The position numbers were made by a program, and so were the translations under genes. A DNA stretch of 64,000 nucleotides from Camelus dromedarius (lineage: Eukaryota). Positions 10,911-22,611 of this stretch are shown piece after piece (position 1 is the first letter of the stretch; each line of letters begins with the position of its first letter). The stretch is taken from assembly GCF_036321535.1 (NCBI RefSeq), contig NC_087437.1:992001-1056000 (forward strand). Reading direction: 5' to 3'. Below the pieces are notes generated by a model. It had not been told where the DNA came from. It saw only the letters and a program-made list of their open reading frames with translations, and made no database searches.

Positions 10911-13900
10911 AGATGCCCTGGTCCAATCCGATGGAGCACTTCTGTGTCCTGCTCAAAGAATAACTGTCCTTTCCACCTGAGAGGGGGTGACAACTTCCTT
11001 GGTGATCAAAGGCAACATCTTTTTGCTTTATGCTGTTAACCTTAGGCGGGGAGACTGGGGGATCTTCATATATATTTTTAAATTTGGTTCACTCTGCAGT
11101 TTGTCTTTGGTCTCTGTATAATTTTGAAAAACTCTTTATGAGTGATCATTCTTCCATCAGATTGAACAGGGTCCAGGGGGAAGGACCAAGCCTGTCCCAT
11201 CGGCCATCCTATGTGTCATGTCCTGGGACCCAGTGGATGCTCAGCACGTAAGTGAACAGACTGGAGTGAGTGAAGAAATGGGAGCATCTCCTTATTGTGG
11301 TGGCTGCTCTCTGTCAGATGCCTTGAGATTTGAGGAAGGGTTTACAAGTGCGGAGAGGGGAGATCAGGTCCTCTGTGCTCTTCCTGAGTGCCCTGGCTTT
11401 ACCCATTCCCCCAGCCCACTCTGGGCAGCCAAGTTGAGGAGCTGGGCCACCGGAGGTTGTGCTGATCAATAATCCACCTTCACCCCAAGTCCGGGGGGTA
11501 GGGACCCCTGGTTGTAGTCTCTGGAGTCAGGTCCTTGGAGGAATTCCTCACTGAACTATGTTTTGGACCTTTTATTTTTCTCTATAACCTCCAGCTGAAG
11601 AAGATTGTCTTAGACACATGGAAGCTGAGGACGCCTACTGTCCCCTCGGAACCCAGGTGGGGCTGGGAGTCTGCTGTTTGTATAGCCGGTGGGCTCATGT
11701 TGCTTTGGGCATCCCTGTGTCTGAATTCCTGCAGTACACTCGGTGGTAAGGAAGGGGTGCCTGGCAGGGAGGGAAGTGGGTCGGGAGACTGCACAGCTGG
11801 GGAGATGTTAACCTGGGGTGTGCAGGAGCCTGCTGATGCATGGCATCTCGGTTCAGGGAACTCTTCACGCTCAGAGGGGTTCCCACTCCCGCAGGGGCCA
11901 TTTGATCAGGGTGCTGGGCTGTCAGGGGACCGCAGGGGTCCCAGTGAGGATTACAGTGCCTTCAGGCAATGGGAAATGAGGGGTCCAGCGGCACTTGAAT
12001 TAACTGTGCACCCAAACCCAGCCCCCACCTCTTTCAGCCTTTATCCTTATCTGCAAAACTGGAATTTTATTAACCATTCCGCGGGGTCGTTGATGGGCTA
12101 GGACAGACTAGACAGTCAAGAGCTGGAATTCCTCTGTCCCCTGATTGTTTTCCTTCTTTCTGACTATTTGCTCTCACAAGCTCAGTCTCTCTGTCTCTCT
12201 CTCTTTCACTTCTAACTTTCTCTCATGCTCTGGTTTCATTTGACTTCCAACCACCGCCCCTCGCCAATCCCCAGATGAGTGAACTTGATTTCTGTGTGTC
12301 AGTTCCAAATTCCGAGGAAAGATGCTCTGTCTCCCTCTGGATCTGTTGTCCAACCCATCAGTTGTGGCCAGATGAGGGAGTCCCTCTGGGACCAGTGGAG
12401 GGTCTCCGCCCAGCCCCCCAGCCACCACTTTGGGAGCACATATCTCTCCAAGGAGGAGGTACTGGCTGTGACCTTGTGTCAGTCAGTATGAATTTATGTC
12501 TCCTCTTGCCCCTCCTTCATCCTCCTAAACAAAGATGAAAATTAAACACTCCCGGGATTTGTGTCATGGAACACGCAGGGTGGGGGCTAAGGGGGCTGGA
12601 ATCTCTGCTGCATTTAAGGGACTACAGTGAATCCCCAATGAGAGCCTGCAAAGGGAACACCACCACCCCCACCTGGCACTTATGGTGCTGAGTCTGAGTG
12701 ATGTTGAGCTAGGCTTCTGACCACAGCTCAGGGGTCTGGTCTGACCAGTTAGCCTTTGAAACCAACCAGCTTTGGATTCCTCAATCCCTCCCTGAGGTTT
12801 TACCTGAACCACCAGCTTCTGCATCTCTGAAGACAGATGATGAGGACCCTTCACGTAAGCCGTTCGCACAGCCCTGTGCAGGCCTTTGTGCTGCACGTTC
12901 TGCCCGGCGAGATAACTGAGGTTGGTATTTTACTGATGTTAGAAATAGTCTGGTTTCCCTATGTACTGTTTCACTGAACAAGCAACAGAAGCCACCTCTC
13001 GCTGATAAAAGCAAAAAGGGACTTAATGAGAAGATGCTGGGAGGGTGTATGGATTGGCCAGGACCGGAGCCAACCCAGGAGCTGTAGGAGGTGTTAGGGA
13101 GCCCCAGGCACCAGGCCGGGCTGGGTGCTACCGGGCCCCCTGCCACCCCAGAAGGGACCCCTCTCCACCCGACCCTCCACCTCACTCACTGCAGGTTCAT
13201 ATCCCGGCAGGGCCAGGTCACACTGAAGCCACCAGCACACACCTCAATGGGGGAGTTGACACCGTCTCAGCTGAGGGCGTGCCCGGTGTGGGGAGAGGCC
13301 CAGTCAGAAGAAGGCGGTTCCCCTACTATTCCGAGTTAAGGTGCAAGTCAGTGCCCATCACTCAGGAGAGCCAGGCTGGACGGACCTCATTGCGGTGACT
13401 AGGCCGTCTGAGTTCACTTAATACTTTCTATGTTTGAAGGCCCTGGAGGGAGAAAAAGTGAAGTTTCTAGAACTTATTTTGTGTTTCCCATGTACCAGGT
13501 GCGGTAAGCAAGCCACTTCAGACAAGACCCAGAGCAACCACGTTAATAGGCCACGGAGCAAGTAGTGCAGTCAGGCCTCTGTGGACCCGAAACCCGTGTC
13601 CCCATCAGCTCAGTAGTTACCAGTGGAAACTGGGGGGATTTATGGGACTGTGTGCTCCTGTAGGGGCTGGGATGTGTGTGTTTAAATCCACATCTTCAGA
13701 AACTCGGCTAGAACCACAGAAACTTATTGCACGGAGGCAGAGGAGGGGAGGATTCCAGCCTTTGTTCCAGCTCGTGTGGAGCTCAGAAATTTCTCCTTCT
13801 GTCCTGAAAACAACACCAGAGCTGAGGGAGCTGCAATCCCACTGTACTTCTTAGATCCCAGAAAAATGAGGGGAAAATCTGCTCCCAACACAGAGAGGCA

Positions 13901-14229
13901 GCCAGGCAGGCTTGGCGAGTCACAGCTCCCAGGGCAGAACCCGCTTTTGTAACAACCCCCAGGGCAGGCAGATTTAACAGGTCCCTGAGGCCAGTGGAAA
14001 TCTCAGCGTGGGGAAGTCCGAGTGTGACAACAGGGGGCCAGTCAGAGGGGCCCCCTGCTCTTTTTCATGCATTTTACCTCCAGGACCGTGTCCTGTTCTC
14101 AGAATGAAGGCCTCAGAGGATAACTCCTCATGCTTCCTGCCTGGAAAGGAGAAAATAACTCTATTGAAATATACCCAAAACATTCTGTTTCATTTGGGGA
14201 AGTTGTTTTTTGTTTGTTTGTTTTTTTAA

Positions 14230-14615
14230 TGAGAAATTATTTTACCAGAGCCTAACCAACCTGGGAGAAGGGAAATCCCTTCTGTCTCACCCAAATTGGG
14301 GTGGGGGGAAAGAGACACACTTGTGGAGGTCACAGCTCAGGGCATAGGCTCAATGAGAACTAATCACAGGACTACAGATGCCCTGCTCTGTCCTGCTCCC
14401 CCAACACCTTACCTCCATGTCAGTAGGGCCCCTGTGTAATAACAGGAATAAAACTAAAAGAAGTAAATGTCTCAGGAGTGTCAAGGGAAAACCCAAAGAC
14501 AGTGGGGAGATGAAAACAAGGACACACAGGCTGTTTTAGCCTCTCATACCAATAGCTGTAGCAAACTACACACAGCCCATCCCAGTAGATAAACAGAAAA
14601 CCTCACAGAAGAAAT
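14230..14615 (+). mobile_element. old L1M fragment (putative)
   Basis: Motifs resembling old L1M subfamilies (ttttaccagagcctaacc..., aaacccaaagac..., ttttagcctct..., aaaacctcac). Confidence 0.4.
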
Positions 14616-15309
14616 TATTTATTTTGGTTCTCTTACCCAGTGCATTCCATGGTGCATCCTCGCCTAGAATTGAGTGGAAGCAAGTCCATCTCAGAAGGGA
14701 CATAACTGAAGAGGGATGGCTTTCCAGACTCTGATGGGCAGCGAGAGCTGCAGCCTGGGTGAGAGCATGGTGAGGGGTGGGGTAGGGGGTGGGCTGCCTT
14801 CTTCCCCAAATAAGGAAACTTCCTGAGGCCAGCACAGGAGGGAGGGCCATGGGGTGGAAGCAGCCAGACTTCTTCCTGAGAACTGATGGGATGCCTCAAA
14901 GGGACCATTCAGGTACCAAAACTGGGCCGTGAGTGTGGGAGCCAGTCGGTCTGACTCAGAGCCCAGGACTGAGGTGGGCGTACAGCAGGCCGGTCTTACT
15001 TGGCTGGATCCATTTCACTTCTCCGAAGCCCTGTGTAAAACATGAAGCGTGGACGGCCTGTTGAGCACAGCTCTGCCCTCAAGACCTGTTTCAACTCCTC
15101 TCTTCCCGGAAAACAGCATCTCTGAGCCCGCCCTTGGTGACCTCAGAGAGATCACCCTAGTGGCCCAGGCTAGTGACCGGGAACATGTACCTTCCTGCAG
15201 CCAACCCCAGACGTCCACTGATGCATCATATACTGGCAAAGATGTGAGTTCCTGTGCATTGGTCTAACAGCAGAGACTCTGCCACAGGCCCAAGAGGTGG
15301 TGTGTGGGA

Positions 15310-15497
15310 CATGCAGAGGTGCAGGAGTGTAGGCAGTGCAAAAGTGTAACTGGTGACAGGGGTGCAGGGGCTGTGGAGGGCGCAGGCAGTTCAGGGGATG
15401 CGGGGGTGCAGGGGTGCAGAAGTGCAGGCAGTGCAGAAGTGCAGATAGTGGCAGGGGTGCAGAGGTGCGGGGAGTGTAGGGATGCAGGGAGGTGCTC
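15310..15497 (+). repeat. degenerate 8-9-bp minisatellite (GTGCAGGRG)n
   Basis: About 20 imperfect gtgcagagg/gtgcagggg/gtgcagaag units. Confidence 0.8.
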
Positions 15498-15534
15498 AGG
15501 CACGTGGCCAGGATTAGAAGGCAAGTGCACATCC

Positions 15535-17630
15535 TCGCAGTCAGCCTGACCCCGGGAGGCTAGTCCAATCGTTTGGGGCGGCGGAGGCGGCGGTGCGTGG
15601 GAGGCTGCCCGGGCAAGCCGGTCGATTTCTTCTCTTCCCTGCAGCCTGGCCTAGGGGGGCCTTGGCCGCTGGAGATTCGCCAGATGTTGGACTCCAGGTA
15701 AGCTTGCTCCTGGGAGGTGGGGCGGTTAGGTCAGGGGGCAGCGGCAGCGACAGGGGGGCGGAGCGCGGCTGCCTCTGGCGAACTGTTGGAATAGCTGCCT
15801 TCTCCCGGCTGCCGGGCCTGGGAGCGGCCTCTGCTGCCCCTGGTCACCGTACACGCCTGTCCCGCTCAGCTTGCTGAGTGGGGACGGTGCCATTAATGTG
15901 CGGGGCCCACGGGGTTAGGGGGGCTGCCGCGCGGAAGCCGGTCAGTTCGCTCAGCTCTCCCCCGCGGCGGAGCCAGTGGCAGCTTCTGCTGCCGTAGAGG
16001 CGGGACGCCGGTCTCCAGGTGAGCTTGCCCCTGGGAGGCGGCGGCGGCGGCTGCAGGGGGAGGGGGTCCGTTCCAGGGAGCTGCTCCATTTCTTCTGTCC
16101 CGCGCGGCCTGGCCTGAGGGCGACCTCTGCCGCCGGAGATTTGCCTGCGGTCCGACTCCAGGTGAGGTTGCACCTGGGAGATGGGTGCGGTGCAGTCAGG
16201 GGGCTGGTAAGGTGGTGGCTGCGGGGATAGGGAGGCTGCCCCGGGGGAGCTTGTGTATTAGCTCCCATGTCTGTGCCGCGTGGCCTGCAGGCGGCCTCTG
16301 CTGCGCCAGGTCCCCGGACACCCCTGTCCCACTTTGCCTGCTGGGGGCGGGAGGCAGGGTAGTCAGGGTACACGGGTGGCGGGGGTCGGGGGCCTGCATC
16401 GGGGGAGCGGGCCCATTTGCTCCCATCTTCCCCGCGGCTTGTCCTAGGGGCGGTCTCTGTTGCCCTGGGTTACGGGACACGTGTATCCTAGTCGGCCTGA
16501 CCCCGGGAGGCGGGCGTGGTACGTTGGGGGTGGTGGCAGCAGCGGCAGGTTTTCCCATGGAGCCGGTCCATTTGCTCCCATTTCCCCCCATGGTTTGCCC
16601 TGAGGGCTGTCTCTGTTGTCCCAAGTTCGCCGGACGTCCATCTCCAGGTCAGCCTGCTCCCTAGAGGAGGCCACCGTGAGGTCAGGGGGCAAGAGAGGTG
16701 GCTGCTTCAGGGGTAGGTGGCTGCCTTGGGGAGCTGGTGGATTGGCTCCCGTCTCCCCGATTGCCTGGTGTGGGAGTGGCCTCTCCTTCCCCAGATCACC
16801 AGACACACCTGTCCCATTCAACCTGCTGGGGGAGGGGTGCCCTGGGCGGTGCCTTTAAGGTGCGGGGGTGGCGACGGCGGGGGTAGAAGACCTGCAGCGC
16901 TGAGCCTGTCAATTTGCTCTCCTCTTCCCCGCTGCCAATCCTGGGGGCGTCCTCTGCTGCCCAAGAAGCCGGATGCCCGTCTCCAAGTCAGCTTGCCCCT
17001 GGGAGAAGGGCGCGATGCGGTCGAAGGGCAGAGGCAGCTGCGAGGTCCGGCTGCCCGTCCTAATGGGGCCACTTCTTCTCCTCTCCACTGACCTGGCCTG
17101 GGAATGGCCTCTCCCGCGCAAGATTCGCCTGACACCCCACACCCGGTCAGGTTGCTCCTGGGAGGTTGGCGCGGTGAGATCAGGTGTTGGAGAGGAGAGA
17201 GTGGCTGCCCCTGGCGAGGTGAAGGATAAGCTCCCATCTCTCTGGAGGCATGACGTGGCCGACCCTCGTTCCCAGGTCACGTTTCTCCGGGTCATATTGC
17301 CCCGGGGTTGCAGTAGGGTGAGGGGGCGGCGGGGTGTTGGCTGGGGTATGGAGCCTGCCGCTTGGGAGCTGGTGGTTTAGCTCCCATCTCTTCCGCAGCT
17401 TGGCCTGGGGGCAGCCTCTTTTGCCCCAGGTCCCAAAGCACAGTTTCCCTGACAGCTTAGCCACTGGAGGTGGGCAGGATGTGCTGAGGGGGCGGAGGCA
17501 GCTGCCAAGGCAGCGACGAAGGGGGCTGTCCCTGGCCAGCTGGTCAATTTGTTCCCATCTCAAACTTTGCTGCCCCAGTTTCGCAGAACGCCCTTCTCCA
17601 GTTAATTCTTCTCCTGGGAGGTGGGCGCAG
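15535..17630 (+). repeat. GC-rich array of ~14 diverged ~160-bp monomers; CpG island
   Basis: The anchor ctccaggtNagcttgcYcctgggagg or a variant recurs at ~15541, 15693, 15860, 16013, 16156, 16328, 16487, 16642, 16811, 16981, 17142, 17271-17290, 17447 and 17596. It is usually preceded by ggctgcc...gggagctg...ttNgctccc...ggcctctgctgcc. Confidence 0.85.
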
Positions 17631-17927
17631 TGCATGCAGCCCAAGGTCTGGGCTCTCCCCTGGGGAGGGGCAGAAACCTCTTGTTCTCCTTTGTCTTTAT
17701 TCTTCAGCAAAGGGGTTACTTGGCCCAATTCTTAATTCTGAGGAAGTGTAGCCTGTGTTACGGAAGAGTTGCTGGACAGTGAGGTTTCTGGGTGGGTTTT
17801 CACATCAGCTGATGCCCCAGGCAGGCAGGAAATCTATTACTTAGAGCTTCTTAGTCTGGAGTTGGGGGATGGCCCCGCCATCCTCACCATGCTTTTTAAA
17901 AATGTGTTACTCCTCTCTTTTTCCTAG

Positions 17928-18037
17928 GTGACATTTTAGGTTATTGGGTCACAGATTGCTGGCACACTCATCCCTGTTCTCAAATATCTTTTAAACTTGG
18001 GTGAAGTGATAAGTAGGGGAAGATGATTTACTGAAAG
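17928..18037 (+). other. candidate 110-bp non-coding internal exon
   Basis: Strong acceptor tcctctctttttcctag| and strong donor aag|gtaaga. Its only ATG is followed by TGA at codon 4. Confidence 0.5.
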
Positions 18038-19431
18038 GTAAGAATACTTAAATTTGCATTAAAGCTAAATTCTGTCAATCTTTCTCAAATGATTTTTCTC
18101 TGATTCTAAATCCACGACCTAGTGAATGTTGTACTCCTGTGTAAATCATTGATCTTCACATCACATTGGTTGAGTGGTCAACGAGATTTGTTATTTAGAT
18201 TATTCCTGAAAGGAAAAGCTCAGGCTTTTGAGAATTCCTTGTCGGATGTCACCCAGGCAGTCACAGTAGAAGACAGAGCTGATATAAAAATCCCTCACCT
18301 GCCTGAACTGCAAAGCTTCTGGAATTACTGATCCCTGAAATGCAGGTGACATTTGATGATAATCTGGGGGATGGTTTATATGATCAGATTCTTCCAGTCC
18401 TGTAAATGGTTTCCGTGGCCCCAGCCCTGAAAGAACTAGTCTTAGGGGCCATATCATGAGGGGTGGGATGGGAAGGCAAGGTCTAAGAGCTGAAATCACT
18501 GAGATTCCACACTCGCTAAACACAGACTCCAGAGCCTAATTTTTGTCAGGTTCTGTTCTGGATTTGAGAGTGTGTTCAGACATGATTCTTGCCCTTCAGG
18601 AGACACTGCCTGCGTGGTAGTAACCTTTACATAGATCTGGGGAGGATGGCAATTAAGTAGATGGGCTGTTACGGTTCTCAGTGTGCCCAGGCTCGCTCTT
18701 CCAGGCATTCGTGGGACTAACGAGTCATCTTATTCACTCATTCACTAATTTATTACCATTGAATTGATCATTTGTCCCACAGTAAGTGAAAGAAGGTATC
18801 AGGAAGCTGAGTTTTGTCCCCTCTCCTATCACTGATTGTATCTGTCAGTCGGGCTCCTTGAGTATGCATTGTGAAATGGTGGTATTTCTTGCCCAATGGG
18901 GCTGCACTGTGAGTTTTGAGAATCAGGGGAGTCACGTGGGTAGGACAGCACCCTGACACACATGGCCACCCCACCACATGAGACAGCATTGTCGATGCTC
19001 AGGTGACCCGATGTAGACCGCTGTGCTAAACCTGAGCATGTTTAGTGATCTTGGTGGCTATGAAAATACAGACTACCCGTCCTTACCTCTGAGACTCTGA
19101 GGGTGTGCACACCAGAATTCTGCATTTTAAGAAGCACTTTAACTAAATCTGATGAAGATGATCTGATTGTCCCACTGAGAAACACTGGTGTGCGAGACAC
19201 CAATATTGTGGATTCTCAGGGAGCGATGTCTTTTCAGGATTGTCCAAGGGTCCTCACTTGAGACTTTTGCCTTGGGTGTAATTGTATGTGTTCAGAAGTG
19301 ATGTCTTTCACTTCCAGTGCTTGTCAGCATGCTCTCTGCAGGGGTTTGCTCTCAGTAGATGGCAAAAACTATGATTCTTCAGGTCACCGAGCTAGAGTGT
19401 GAGCGATATTTTATTTTGGTTTTCTTTATAG

Positions 19432-19818
19432 CAATGCAGAGTCTCCCGAGAACAGATTCAGACTGAACAGATTTGTGTCAGACTTTGGGAGACCGCTGGT
19501 GCCCCAGATGTTCTCTGGCAGGTCAATGACGAATCTAGGTCCATCTTTCACTGCTACGTCAATGAAGTGGGCCACTTCGACAAGGCCAAAGCTAGTATCC
19601 CCACCATAGCCCTTGACAGTGATGTTCGGCTCCAGGAAGCCATCAGATGCAGCGGACGGCCAGAGGAGGAGCCGAACTTGCCCATGAAATGTGACATCCC
19701 CAACTTCATCAACACGGACCAGAACTCTTCCTTTGGGGAAGATGATCTGATTTTCGAACCACCGAATGTTCTAGAAAATAAGCCAGTTGCCCAGACCCCA
19801 CACAAAGACTTGAGTTGA
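19432..19818 (+). pseudogene. MRAP2: MRAP2-like orphan last coding exon, frameshifted
   Basis: The acceptor ttttctttatag| precedes NAESPENRFRLNRFVSDFGRPL. After a net -4 nt frameshift near 19500-19518 it continues QVNDESRSIFHCYVNEVGHFDKAKA...ALDSDVRLQEAIR...CDIPNFINTDQNSSFGEDDLIFEPP...TPHKDLS*. This matches the MRAP2 C-terminus (NAESSEKRFRMNSFVSDFGRPL...ESRSLFHCYINEV...DIPNFVNTDQN...SHKDLD). I saw no upstream transmembrane exons. Confidence 0.9.
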
Positions 19819-21343
19819 GAAACGTGCTTTGTCAGGTGTCTTTTTGAAGATATGAATTTTGTCTTTGTATGGCAGGAAGTCCCGTTTCACAAAATTGTAT
19901 GTGTTTTTCTCTGAGAGAGAGAAATGGAGACAGACAGAAAGACGAAGAAGCAGAAGAGAGCGCCCTCAGAAGAGAGCTAGTTAAGGTGAGTTTTGTGCCA
20001 TTAAAAAATATTTGGGGTTTTGGGGGGAACAAAGTATTTACACTGTCTCATTCTCCTCGTTGGAAACCTTGGCCCCACACTCAGTGTCAGCATCCTTGAA
20101 CAGGGGTTGGCACGGTGCATTTTATCTCGCGCTGCCTCTTCCACGTTCTGCCTTTAGCACGTTGTTTTGCCTCCCAGGGCTGCCACCCTTTAAACTGTAA
20201 TGTGAGGAGTCTGGAGTAGATGATCCATCCCAGCTCTGCTGTTTTGCAAATTTCTGATTTCGTATTCGGATGAGGCTGGGATACACCCAGAGCAGTATAA
20301 ACCAGGCCCTACCTCCTGTCTCTTGCTGGGGCATCCCTCAGGTCTGTGCCTTCTACTCAAGACTTTACTGAGCCCAGCTTTTGTCAGGAGCCCAAGTGCC
20401 TACCGGGATGGCAGGAGACCTGTCTCTCGTGGTCACGGTGGCCGAAAATTCTATTTGTTGTGCTGAAACAGCTCTTCTGAGATCCTCCGGCCACCCTTGC
20501 TCCAACCTGAGGACAGACCTACCGTTCCTTTCCTAGGAGGAGGATCAATCCATGGTGCATTTTATGACAATCCTGTCCCCAGGAATGCACGGAAGGTTAT
20601 CAGCTGAGTGAGGGGAAGTGCCTCTGTGTCTCTGTGTCCCTGTATCTCTGTCTGCTCACAGTGCCCTGCCACCGGCTACTGAACAAGAAAAGTGCTATTC
20701 ACCATGCTGTGTCTTTTGCAGATGTGTAGGTGATGGTCTTGTGGCTCATGTGTGGGCTTTGTGCTGGGATGGTGAAGGGCTTATAAATACCTCATCAACA
20801 TGTATTCGAGATGGCCTGGTGCCACACAGACTTGATTCATGAAGGCATCAAGCCTGCACACTGGTTTGGAAACAACTTGGTTTTGATCAGTCACACTGCA
20901 TGCATGACTCACTGCTGATCTCTGGGTGTTTTTTTCATTTTAGATTTATTCACCCAGTGTCTTGCTTAAGCTGAAAAATACATTTATTTCACTAGAATAT
21001 TCTCGGATTCTTTGTTTCACACATCCAGTTGTTTAATTCTTTAAAAATCATTTTGTGTTTATAATGCCTCCTAATTTCTATCAACTCTAGGTTCCCAGTG
21101 GCCTGAGCCATGCACCAGATTTGATGTAGGAACTGTTCCACCAAAAGAAATCCCTTTGCCATAATATCTTTTGAGGAAAATATTATTCTTTAAGGCTCTA
21201 ACAGTAAATCGTAGAACAAAGCATGGAACATTTATTGTAGTTAATACATGTTCATGCAAAAAGAAATGATATTTTCATTAAACAATGTTGATTTTAATAA
21301 CTTTTACTAATGTGAATATTATTATTCATAATTTAAATAACCA

Positions 21344-21349
21344 AATAAA
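21344..21349 (+). terminator. candidate poly(A) signal of the MRAP2-derived 3'UTR
   Basis: AATAAA at the end of a ~1.5-kb UTR-like stretch with an AT-rich distal part. Confidence 0.4.
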
Positions 21350-21644
21350 ACCACAGTTATTTATTATGAAGATTGAAAACTATTTACACTGTCCCTCAAT
21401 TAGAGGTAGCTTTATTAGAAGACTGAAGGGTATTTAAAAGATGGAAAAATACCCATGATGACACCATCATTTTTATTAACTAAATATCAAGAACTGTGCA
21501 GGGTTAAGATTTAACCATCTGCAAGCTGTCAAGTTAGCATGAGGTAGTTTGTGGATGCTGCCAGAAGACAGGAGTCTCCCTCAGGATCAGAGACAAAGAA
21601 CTTCCTGCCAGCACAGCAGGCAGCTTGGGGTTCATGTTCATGTT

Positions 21645-21915
21645 GGTTCCTGAGTTTCTTTCCTTTTGCTGTTGTAACAAAGGACCACAGACTCAGTGGC
21701 TTAAAGCAATACACATTCATCGTCTCACTGTTCTATTGTGCAGAAGTGCAAAGTCATTGTCAGTGGGCTAAAACCAACGTGTGGCCAAGGCTATGTTCCA
21801 CACCGAGGCTCTAGGGAGGGATTCGTCCTCCTACCTTTCCCAGCTTGCAGAGGTGTTCACACTCCTTGGCCCAGGGCCCTGTGTCACTGTGACCTCTGCT
21901 GCCACTTTACATCTC
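21645..21915 (-). mobile_element. MLT1-type MaLR LTR fragment
   Basis: gctgttgtaacaaaggaccacagactcagtggcttaaagcaa...ggctctagggaggga. Confidence 0.65.
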
Positions 21916-22611
21916 TGTATCTGCCTATATAGATATAAAGGAAGAGTCTTCTACATCTGGTATGGACCGTTTTTCCTAAATGGACATTGTATCTCTATGT
22001 GCAGATTAAAACCCCTTCCCTCCAGGGTGTGGTGGCATCAGCTCACAAGATTACCACTCTGGGCTTTAAGTGTCCTCTTTGTATTGTCACCTGGGAACTT
22101 CTCTTTCCATAGTTAGCTCTGTGTTACATTTGTTGTTGTATTTTACCCGGTATTACTGAAAGTTTTACTTAAAAGGGATCCTAATTAGCTCTGTTTACCT
22201 GTTTCCAGAGCTGAAAGCTTCAGTTCTAGAATATCTGTTTGATTTCTCTTAAAAATACATTCCAGTATATTTCTCTGGTGAAAGTCTTTACCCTGTTATC
22301 TATTCTCCCATAATTTCCTTATTTTCTTGAATATATTAAAAGTATTTCATAGCCTTTATTGGTAACTCTGATGCCTACATCACCTGGGGGTTTGCATCCT
22401 TTGTCTAATGTTTCTTATTCTCATATTATCCGTTATATAGTCTTGACATGTTGCATGTCTTGAAATTCTTTATTACAAGGCAGACATTGCAAATGAAAAA
22501 TCCATATGTTATTTTCCGTGAGAGGTTTTCTACCTTCCTGTTAGGCAAACAGGGTGAGGGACTGATCATGTCACTCCAATCAGGCGCTGAAGTGGATCAG
22601 GACTGAAGTGC

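Noticed and set aside
11535..12101. 188-aa ORF
   Set aside because: TTG start, no recognisable domain, and it ends in MIR-like sequence.
15593..17735. Many overlapping 80-180-aa ORFs, and a possible CRISPR-like reading of the array
   Set aside because: The ORFs are a by-product of high GC content and match no protein I recognise. The units are wholly homologous diverged monomers without identical repeats and unique spacers, in mammalian DNA with no cas genes.
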